Positions 9,896 through 17,741 of a stretch of 64,000 nucleotides of DNA are shown here, piece after piece. A program made the translations under genes and the position numbers. The stretch covers positions 1-64,000 of the forward strand of contig JBHLLG010000013.1 of the NCBI GenBank assembly GCA_048885925.1, given 5' to 3'. The notes below the pieces were generated by a model. It saw only the letters and a list, made by a program, of their open reading frames with translations, was not told the DNA's origin and did not search any database. Position 1 is the stretch's first letter; each line of letters opens with the position of its first letter. The stretch is from Candidatus Hermodarchaeota archaeon. Its GTDB lineage: Archaea > Asgardarchaeota > Lokiarchaeia > Sigyniarchaeales > SOKP01.

Positions 9896-10353
9896 TTAAG
9901 TTGAAAATATTCTGTTTATTAACATCCTTCCAGCTATTTGCCAAAATTCTACCTGAGCTGTTGAAAGAAGTTTCGGATTTGCTTGAAGTTCTTTCAATTT
10001 ATTTTTTAATTCCTCATCTTGAGGCCATTTTACATCAATTGACTCATAAGATTCTAAATCCATAATATTAACTGAATTTTCTTCTATGAAATTAATCTGT
10101 GCATTACCCTTGGTAATTTCTGGTATTTCAACCATCGAACCGCTTGGGAAGGTTAAAGATCTTTTGTTATTATCAAACATTCCAACACATACAACACGGA
10201 CTTTTGCACTATATGAGAAATTCATATAAAATTTGCATGTCCGTGTTTGCCAGACTTAGATCTCTCTGTTGACTTTATTATACAAGGCTCGCTTTCAACC
10301 ATTATATATTGTCCAGTTTTTAATTTCTGTATCTCTGTTCTTCTAATAGACAA
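9896..10353 (-). CDS. eif5a: Translation factor aIF5A/eIF5A, two exons (10353-10232 and 10202-9896), 142 aa after removing a 29-nt insert
   Basis: TTG start at 10353 behind AAGGTG. Exon 1 reads MSIRRTEIQKLKTGQYIMVESEPCIIKSTERSKSGKHGHA, exon 2 reads KVRVVCVGMFDNNKR...IMDLESYE. Joined length 429 nt restores the hypusine motif SKxGKHGHAK. Confidence 0.93.
10203..10231 (-). other. Putative 29-nt bulge-helix-bulge-type mRNA intron in aIF5A
   Basis: Minus strand: AACACGGAC A TGCA AA|TTTTATATGAATTTCTCATATAGTGCAAA|A GTCCGTGTT. 9-bp exon-exon helix, 4-bp TGCA/TGCA central helix, 7-bp intron hairpin. The insert shifts the frame and contains TGA. Confidence 0.8.
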
Positions 10354-10489
10354 TTTCTTTTACACCTTAGTTTGTATATTATTATCCAAATATTTTTTAT
10401 TTTTTAAGATATATTATATTTATTAAAAAAAAAATATTAGTGTTTAAGAACTAATTCAATTACCTATAAAAGATTAAAGCTTGGAAATA

Positions 10490-11863
10490 ATGGTTTTAGA
10501 GAAATTAGGTAGATCATTAGACACGGCAATTAGAAAAATTAGACGACTACCTTTAGTGGATAAAGATGCTATTAATGCTCTTATTCAAGAATTACAACGT
10601 GCCTTGCTTCAAGCAGATGTACGCGTGGAACTTGTATTTGAAATGACGGAAAATATTAGAAAAGAAGCAATGAACACAGAACTTCAGAAAGCAAGAAGGA
10701 AAGATTTTGTAATTAAATTAGTTCATGATGAATTAATAAAACTTTTAGGAGGAAAGCCTTCCCCTATAAGAATAAAACCAGGAAAAAAAAATGTAATACT
10801 TCTTGTAGGAATTCAAGGTTCTGGAAAAACTACTACTGTTGCTAAATTAGCAAAAAATTATAAAAACAAAGGTTACAAAGTTGCAACTCTAACGACTGAT
10901 ACATGGCGTCCAGGAGCTTATGAACAATTAGCACAATTATCAGAACAGGTTGGTGTTCAATATTATGGAAATCCAAACGAAAAAAATGCTGTAAAAATTG
11001 CAATTCAAGAAACGAAAAAAGCATTAAATGATGGAAATGATATCATTATAGCGGATACCGCAGGTAGACATAAAGAAGAAAAAGAATTGATGAAAGAAAT
11101 GGCAATTCTTGAACAGAAACTAAAACCAAATGAAATAATTCTGGTAATTGATGGAACTTTAGGTCAACAAGCATTTAATCAAGCTGAAGCTTTTGCTCAG
11201 ACAACTAATTTAGGTTCAATTATAGTTACTAAATTAGATGGAACTGCTAAAGGTGGTGGTGCTTTATCAGCCTGTAGTGCTGCAAACGTGGGTATTAGAT
11301 TCATTGGTACTGGGGAGAAAATAGATAATTTTGAAGAATTCGAACCATCAAAATTTGTTGGAACATTGCTTGGTATTCCAGATATAGAATCATTAGTTCA
11401 AAAAGTACAAGAAGCTGAAGTAGATTTTGAACCAGAAATGATAAAAAGAATGGTTCATGGAAAATTTACATTAGAGGATCTTTACCTACAATTGAAGAGT
11501 ATAAAAAAAGTAGGTAAATTTAGACAGATTTTATCAATGATGGGCGGTGGAAATATCCCAGATGCTTTAAAGGAAGATGCTGAAGCAAATTTAGCAAAAT
11601 GGGAAGTTGTTCTCAATTCTATGACCCAAGAAGAAAAAGAAACTCCAAAAATCATTAAAAAAACTCGAAAAAGACGAATTGCAATAGGAAGTGGGACTGA
11701 TTACTCAGTAATAAACAAAATGTTAGATCAATTTCAGCAAATGAAAAAATTCATGAAGAGATTTCTTCAAATGCAGAAAAAAGGTAAAGGAATTCCAGGA
11801 ATGCCTGGATTCCCTGGTGGAAAGGCAGCAGCTGATTTTATGAAAAAGTTAGGCAAGTTTTAA
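10490..11863 (+). CDS. srp54: Signal recognition particle protein SRP54
   Basis: ALLQADV, GIQGSGKTT, DTWRPGA, DTAGRH, TKLDGTAKGGG, Met-rich M domain. Confidence 0.97.
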   Translation: MVLEKLGRSLDTAIRKIRRLPLVDKDAINALIQELQRALLQADVRVELVFEMTENIRKEAMNTELQKARRKDFVIKLVHDELIKLLGGKPSPIRIKPGKKNVILLVGIQGSGKTTTVAKLAKNYKNKGYKVATLTTDTWRPGAYEQLAQLSEQVGVQYYGNPNEKNAVKIAIQETKKALNDGNDIIIADTAGRHKEEKELMKEMAILEQKLKPNEIILVIDGTLGQQAFNQAEAFAQTTNLGSIIVTKLDGTAKGGGALSACSAANVGIRFIGTGEKIDNFEEFEPSKFVGTLLGIPDIESLVQKVQEAEVDFEPEMIKRMVHGKFTLEDLYLQLKSIKKVGKFRQILSMMGGGNIPDALKEDAEANLAKWEVVLNSMTQEEKETPKIIKKTRKRRIAIGSGTDYSVINKMLDQFQQMKKFMKRFLQMQKKGKGIPGMPGFPGGKAAADFMKKLGKF

Positions 11864-11888
11864 ATTATAATTTATATCAATAAATCAT

Positions 11889-12545
11889 TTGATTAGATTG
11901 GTAAATTTCTTACTACTTATTGAAAAAATTATAAATTATAGTAAAGAAAATATTGATAACGGACTTACACCTAAAGAAATTTATCAGTTGTGTTCGTGTA
12001 TAAGAGAAACATTTTTTTTATCTTATTCAATAAGAAAAGAAAATAATTTATATTTACTTTTTCAAAAGGAGTGTACTTTAATTAAATTTGAAGGAAAAAG
12101 CTTACGATATTTAGGTCCTGATGAAAGATCCCAAGCATTACTTTTAGAAAAAGCTTTATTTAAAGTGAGAAAAAATGGTTCTAATAATAATGGCCTTTGG
12201 ATAAAATCGACTCCTGGTATTTATATTAGACAATTTTCTAATAATAATCACTTTATTGAATATTCTAATTCAATACTTGACGGTAAAACTTATCTAATTT
12301 TCGATAACTATAGTGAATTTGATGAAGGATTAGGTTCACCAATTTTAGACAAGCATATCGATGAAATCAATGAAAATGATTTTTTCATTCTTCTAACTTA
12401 TAAAACAACAAAAGAAAATTCAAAAATATTAAGCTCATTTATCAAATTGCAAAATACTAATGTTATATTACTTTCAAAAATTAAATCTATCGAAGATAAA
12501 ATTTTATTTATAAATTTTCGAAAAGATAATCAAAAAATTACTTAA
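11889..12545 (+). CDS. TrmY (tRNA m1-pseudouridine54 methyltransferase, DUF358)-like protein, divergent
   Basis: FFLSYSIRKE and LRYLGPDERSQALLLEKAL, STPGIY resemble the TrmY N-terminal half. The C-terminal SPOUT motifs are poorly recognisable. Confidence 0.6.
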   Translation: MIRLVNFLLLIEKIINYSKENIDNGLTPKEIYQLCSCIRETFFLSYSIRKENNLYLLFQKECTLIKFEGKSLRYLGPDERSQALLLEKALFKVRKNGSNNNGLWIKSTPGIYIRQFSNNNHFIEYSNSILDGKTYLIFDNYSEFDEGLGSPILDKHIDEINENDFFILLTYKTTKENSKILSSFIKLQNTNVILLSKIKSIEDKILFINFRKDNQKIT

Positions 12546-13946
12546 ATGAGAATGATCCTAAAAAATGCTAAAATTTACTCTGAAGGTTTAATTCAGAGTG
12601 GAGAGATACTTATAACTAATGGGATTATACATAAAATTGAATTTAATCCTGATGAGAAAAAAATTAAAGATTTAGTTAATAAAAATCATAATGATATGGT
12701 AATTGATTGCGAAAATAAATTAATCTTACCAGGAATAATTGATATTCATTCTCATTTACGAGATATGGATCAAAGCGAAAAAGAAACTTTTCTCACGTCA
12801 ACTAAAGCAGCTGCTTTTTCAGGAATTACGACTGTATTCAATATGCCAAATACAAAACCCCCAGCAATTACATCAAATCAAATCAAATTATGGATGCAAA
12901 AGGCAAAAAACAATATATATGTAGATGTAGGTTTTATAGCAGGTGTTCCTAAAAGTATTGATAACAATGAAATAAAAAAAATTATTGATTTAGGTGTTAT
13001 TGGATTTAAAGTCTACTCAATCGGCGATCTAAGTGAAATTGACTGGAATAATCCAGAAAATTTATACAAACTATTTAATATTTCATCATCATATCAAATT
13101 CCAATATTCATACATGCATTATCTCCTTTATCATTAGAAGAAAAGGAACAAATTAATCAAGAATTTCATCAGAATAGGTACACTTTTTTAGAATATCATG
13201 ATAAGTTAAATCCAGTTAAAGCAGAGGAACAATATGTACAGTTTGTTATTGATAATTATTTAGGGTATATTACTGATTTTCATTTAGATCCTAAAAGTTA
13301 TCCAATAATACATTTTTGCCACATAAGTTGTACTGAAAGCCTTTTAATAATACAAAAAGTATTAACAAAGGACAAAAATCTTAAAATAACATTTGAAGTT
13401 ACTCCACATCATTTAATCTTATCAAATAAAATTCTAATAAGTAATACAAATTTCGGAAAAGTATTACCTCCCCTAAGAAATGAGGACCATCCCAAATTTC
13501 TTTTTAATGAATTAAAAAAAGGAACGATTAAATTAATAGGAACTGATCATGCGCCCCATACAATCGAAGAAAAATTCTTTAAATTTGATAAAGCTCCGTC
13601 TGGATTTCCAGGTTTTGAAACCTATCCATTAGTATTACTTCATAAAGTATTTAATTTTGAATTTTCCCTGGAAAGTTTTGTTAGAATTGCATCAGAGAAT
13701 CCTGCAAAAATTTTTAATCTAAATAAGAAAGGTTTAATTAAAGAAGGTTATGATGCTGATCTATTAATTGTTGATAAAGGACCAATTTATAACATTGATC
13801 CTCAAAATTTTAAATCTAAGGCAAAGTTTTCTCCTTTTGAAAAATATAGTACAAGTGTTTATATTTGGAAAGTATTTTTAAGAGGAATTGAAGTTAATAT
13901 TGATAATTCTATTCCAAATGGAAAAATAATAAGAAGAAAATTATAA
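12546..13946 (+). CDS. pyrC: Dihydroorotase (amidohydrolase family)
   Basis: PGIIDIHSHLRD, NMPNTKP, EVTPHHL, PPLR, GTDHAPH, SENPAKIF. Confidence 0.85.
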   Translation: MRMILKNAKIYSEGLIQSGEILITNGIIHKIEFNPDEKKIKDLVNKNHNDMVIDCENKLILPGIIDIHSHLRDMDQSEKETFLTSTKAAAFSGITTVFNMPNTKPPAITSNQIKLWMQKAKNNIYVDVGFIAGVPKSIDNNEIKKIIDLGVIGFKVYSIGDLSEIDWNNPENLYKLFNISSSYQIPIFIHALSPLSLEEKEQINQEFHQNRYTFLEYHDKLNPVKAEEQYVQFVIDNYLGYITDFHLDPKSYPIIHFCHISCTESLLIIQKVLTKDKNLKITFEVTPHHLILSNKILISNTNFGKVLPPLRNEDHPKFLFNELKKGTIKLIGTDHAPHTIEEKFFKFDKAPSGFPGFETYPLVLLHKVFNFEFSLESFVRIASENPAKIFNLNKKGLIKEGYDADLLIVDKGPIYNIDPQNFKSKAKFSPFEKYSTSVYIWKVFLRGIEVNIDNSIPNGKIIRRKL

Positions 13947-14004
13947 AATATAAATGTATAACCGGTATAATAATACATAATTATAATATTTTGAGGATAC
14001 CTAA

Positions 14005-14646
14005 ATGTCTGATGATGATAAATTTAGCTTAGAAGAAGGCAAATTGCTAATTAAATTTACTCGGGATAATATTGAATATTTTTTAAAAAATAATAGACCT
14101 ATTCCAATTCCAAATTTAATAAAAGAAAAGTTTTCAGATAAATATGGAGCTTTTGTTACATTAAATACATATAATGTTAGTGGAAATCCTCTAAGAGGTT
14201 GCATTGGTTATATTGAACCAACTTACTCTTTATATGATGTGATTCATAAAGCATCAATAAGTTCTGCAACAGAAGATCCAAGATTTCCTTCTGTATTACT
14301 TGATGAAATGGATTCTATTATAATTGAGCTTTCAATTTTAACACCCCCCAAATTATTAGAAGTAAATGATCCAAAAGAATATCTCAATAAAATTATTATT
14401 GGTAGAGATGGATTGATTGCAGAGAAAGGAATGAGACGTGGATTGCTTTTACCACAAGTTCCTATAGATCACGGTCGAAATTGGGACGTAGAAACATTTC
14501 TTTCCCAAACTTGTTCAAAAGCTTGGTTGGATAGTAATGCATGGAGAGAAAAAAATACTAAAATATATTCATTTCAAGCTATTCTATTTGAAGAAAAAGA
14601 ACCTCGCGGAGAAGTAGTTAGAAAATATCTTACTAAAAAAGCTTAA
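14005..14646 (+). CDS. AMMECR1-domain protein
   Basis: GAFVTL, LRGCIG, DPRFP, ELSILTPP, GRDGLI, GLLLPQV, C-x-KA. Confidence 0.93.
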   Translation: MSDDDKFSLEEGKLLIKFTRDNIEYFLKNNRPIPIPNLIKEKFSDKYGAFVTLNTYNVSGNPLRGCIGYIEPTYSLYDVIHKASISSATEDPRFPSVLLDEMDSIIIELSILTPPKLLEVNDPKEYLNKIIIGRDGLIAEKGMRRGLLLPQVPIDHGRNWDVETFLSQTCSKAWLDSNAWREKNTKIYSFQAILFEEKEPRGEVVRKYLTKKA

Positions 14647-14766
14647 TTATTTTCTTTATACCAAGGAAATTTTTAGATTCATTTGTATAATAAAAGCTAA
14701 TTTATTTAAAATGGACTAGATATTACTCTTATAAAAGAATTCAAACGTAAGATTAATAATTTCATC

Positions 14767-16284
14767 ATGCTCAATTCTGAAAATAAAATTTTAGTAATTG
14801 ATATATCGTCAAATAAAATCAAAGTTGGTCTAGTATCAGAAGATTTAAAATTAGGTTCCACCATAAATCAAAATTTAACTATTATAAATGAAGATGTCGA
14901 TGGGTTTGCTAAAAGATTCGATATGAATGATATGTGGAACAAATTAAAAAAGAGTATTTATGAATTATTGAATGAACAATATAAAAGTAAGAGAATAAAT
15001 ATTATTGGAATTTCTTCTTGTGCTCAACGAATGGCAGTAGTATTTCTTGATAATAAAGGAGATACAATATATGGTGGTCCAAATATTGATGTTCGAGGAA
15101 TTGATAGTGCTTATTTGATTGAAGATCAGTTTTCAGAAGAAGAATTATTTCAAATTACGGGTCATAGTCCTTCTATTTTATTTTGTCTCGCACGCTTATT
15201 ATGGTTTAAAGAAGAACAGGAGCACTATTATAATAAAATTGGTAAGGTTTTAATGCTAGACGATTGGATCATTTATAAACTAACAGGGGAATTTTGTACT
15301 GATTTATCATCTGCAGGTGAATCTCAAATGGTTGATATTGAAAAGGAAAATTGGAGTTTGGATATTATTGAAGCTTTCGATTTTAATCCTGATTTATTTC
15401 CTGAATTTATAGATTCGGGTATGATTGCAGGAGATTTATTACCTGAATTAATTAGTTACTTTAACTTTAATCAAAAATCCATTCCTGTAATAAAATCTGG
15501 AGGGGATACTCAGGCAACACTGTTAGGGATGGGGGTTATTAATGATGGTAATATTGGTATTAGCTTGGGATCTACGGCTCCTATTCATTTAGTTGTGAAT
15601 AAACCTATTTTGGATCCCAATTGTAATTTTTGGACAACATTTCATTCTATTAAAGGAAAATGGTTAATTGAAGGAAATTCTGGAAATACGGGAATTGTAT
15701 ATGATTGGTTAAAGGATTATTTTTTATTCACTGAAGGAGTTGATAAAAATGAACTTATCGAAAATTTAATACAAGAAATTAAACCTGGCTCAGATTCTAC
15801 CTTTGCTTTTTTAGGACCAGAACTTATGAATATTAAAGATCAAACTTTGCTAAAAAGAGGTGTATTCGTCTTTCCACCACCAACCCTAATAACCGAGAAA
15901 CTTCCAAAATTCGGAAATTTTCTTAGAAGTGGTATTGAAAATATCGGTTTTGGAATTAATGAAAACTTTATAGAACTTAAAAAATATACTCAATCTGAAA
16001 TTAGAACTTTTTCTGCAGGGGGAATGTCAAAATCTACCGAATTTTGTAAAATTCTAACAAACATTCTTGATCAAAAATTAATTATTCCTCAGTTTAAAGA
16101 TTCGGCTTTTCTTGGATGTGCAATGAATACTCTAATCGGATTAAATAAATATCCAAACTATAAAAAATTAATTGACGATTTAATAGAATTTGAAGAATTT
16201 TTGGTTGATAAAAAAATCTCAGATGAATACAAGAAAGTCTACAATCAATGGAAAAATCTAAAAAAGCATTTAAGTAAATTATAA
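14767..16284 (+). CDS. FGGY-family carbohydrate kinase (divergent, LsrK-like)
   Basis: CAQRMA, NIDVRG, ARLLWFK, MLDDW, GGDTQ, GST, AGGMSKS. Confidence 0.85.
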   Translation: MLNSENKILVIDISSNKIKVGLVSEDLKLGSTINQNLTIINEDVDGFAKRFDMNDMWNKLKKSIYELLNEQYKSKRINIIGISSCAQRMAVVFLDNKGDTIYGGPNIDVRGIDSAYLIEDQFSEEELFQITGHSPSILFCLARLLWFKEEQEHYYNKIGKVLMLDDWIIYKLTGEFCTDLSSAGESQMVDIEKENWSLDIIEAFDFNPDLFPEFIDSGMIAGDLLPELISYFNFNQKSIPVIKSGGDTQATLLGMGVINDGNIGISLGSTAPIHLVVNKPILDPNCNFWTTFHSIKGKWLIEGNSGNTGIVYDWLKDYFLFTEGVDKNELIENLIQEIKPGSDSTFAFLGPELMNIKDQTLLKRGVFVFPPPTLITEKLPKFGNFLRSGIENIGFGINENFIELKKYTQSEIRTFSAGGMSKSTEFCKILTNILDQKLIIPQFKDSAFLGCAMNTLIGLNKYPNYKKLIDDLIEFEEFLVDKKISDEYKKVYNQWKNLKKHLSKL

Positions 16285-16312
16285 AGATACAAATTTAAAT
16301 CATTAACCACAT

Positions 16313-17092
16313 TCAAATTTTTATAACAGATTCTATACTGACTCCTTCTTCCCAATACCAATTAAATAATTCCTCTGTCCATTTTATAAAAAATTCACCA
16401 GTGTCGAATAAACATTCACTATAATCCACTTTCCCTTCCTTAGCTAAAAAAAATACTGCTCCTTTGTCAGTCACTAAAAGAGAGAAATCTATCTTTTGTA
16501 GCATTCGAATATTTTGTGAAATATTTAATTTTTGATAAAAAGTATGGCGATCTTTTAATTTTTTATAACCTTTTGACTTAAGAACACTTTTATCTACAAG
16601 GGCTCGTATTTCAATTGATAAATTATTAATTTTTCTTTCTACTGCTGGTAAAACGGATTCTTGGAATTGATCTGAGATAGCTAGAATTACTTTTTCCGAT
16701 TTGTTGATTAGATCTGACCATAATTCTATATTTTGCATTACTCCACTTTTAATTTTTATAGTTTTTACATTTCCTAATTGTAAGATAAGATTTAATGGTA
16801 AATCATTGATATTGTGGTTATTGAAATAATTCTCATAATTTAGAGAAACTTCAAAGATATCTAATATTTGCAAAAATATTTTACCAATATTCGTAATTGT
16901 ATATTCATTCTCAATCGTCTTTTTAATTAAATTTTTTTCTATAAGCCTTTTTAAGTGGCGAGAAATTTCAGATCCTCGAATCTCTAATTCTTTCTCAAGT
17001 TCACTATGTCTCATATTTTCTTTAGATAGACTTTTAAATACTTGAAATCGTCCTTCATTTGAAAATTCAAAAAACAAATCATTAATCTTCAA
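16313..17092 (-). CDS. Archaeal HTH transcriptional regulator (ArsR-type wHTH plus DUF1724-like domain)
   Basis: N-terminal EISRHLKRLIEKNLI helix-turn-helix; C-terminal W..ELFNWYW motif. Confidence 0.8.
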   Translation of the reverse strand: MKINDLFFEFSNEGRFQVFKSLSKENMRHSELEKELEIRGSEISRHLKRLIEKNLIKKTIENEYTITNIGKIFLQILDIFEVSLNYENYFNNHNINDLPLNLILQLGNVKTIKIKSGVMQNIELWSDLINKSEKVILAISDQFQESVLPAVERKINNLSIEIRALVDKSVLKSKGYKKLKDRHTFYQKLNISQNIRMLQKIDFSLLVTDKGAVFFLAKEGKVDYSECLFDTGEFFIKWTEELFNWYWEEGVSIESVIKI

Positions 17093-17320
17093 TGTTTCTC
17101 AAGTTTACTTCTAATTACTTAAAATTTTCAGTAAAATATACTAATTGTATAGGAATTTAGATCAATTTAAAATTATTTTTATCCTTCAAATTTTTTTTCT
17201 ATTAATAAAATGGTTTTTAAAGTTGTTATAGGGATTGTTTATTAGTTTTAATAAACTCTCTATAATTAGTAAAATATTAGTTATATCAATATAAATAATG
17301 TTAACAATAATGTGAAAAAG

Positions 17321-17671
17321 ATGACAGAATTTAAAAAAGTAGAAGAATGCTTGGAAGAAATAAAGAATCGATATGATAGCAATGAAAAGATAAGAAATAA
17401 ATTAGCTAAATATGATGAACCGATTCAAATGACATTTCTGGATACGAATAGAAAAGCTTTGATTTTAATTAATAAAGATCAGGGTATTGAAATAAAAGAT
17501 CAGACTGGAGATGACTCAGCAAGTGTTAAAATAAATTTTTCAGAAGAGCAGGTAATTTTGGATTTGTTTAATAAAGAATTAGGAGCCATTAAAGCCTATT
17601 CTGATGGAAAAATAAAAATTATAGAAGGAAATATGAGAAGTTTGATGAAACTTCGAAGTTTAATGTTTTAA
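17321..17671 (+). CDS. SCP2 sterol/lipid-binding domain protein
   Basis: C-terminal LFNKELGAIKAYSDGKIKIIEGNM matches the SCP2 signature (L..G.L....A...GK.K..G.). Confidence 0.75.
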   Translation: MTEFKKVEECLEEIKNRYDSNEKIRNKLAKYDEPIQMTFLDTNRKALILINKDQGIEIKDQTGDDSASVKINFSEEQVILDLFNKELGAIKAYSDGKIKIIEGNMRSLMKLRSLMF

Positions 17672-17741
17672 TAATTTTTTTATCTATTATTTATTTTAAT
17701 TTTAAAATCACATATCAACATATTTATAGAGGATAATTATA

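Noticed and set aside
10222-10224. TGA in aIF5A read as selenocysteine or stop readthrough
   Set aside because: The downstream coding sequence is in a different frame, so readthrough would not restore the protein.
9896-10225. 109-aa ORF from the track taken as the complete gene
   Set aside because: It lacks the aIF5A N-terminus and hypusine motif, which lie upstream in another frame; its ATG is inside the putative intron.
10203-10237. aIF5A insert as a transposon footprint (TGCAAA direct repeat around a 23-nt hairpin) or simple pseudogene
   Set aside because: Not fully excluded. However, it does not explain the perfect 9-bp exon-exon helix, both exons are otherwise intact, and the repeat is what a self-complementary TGCA central helix produces.
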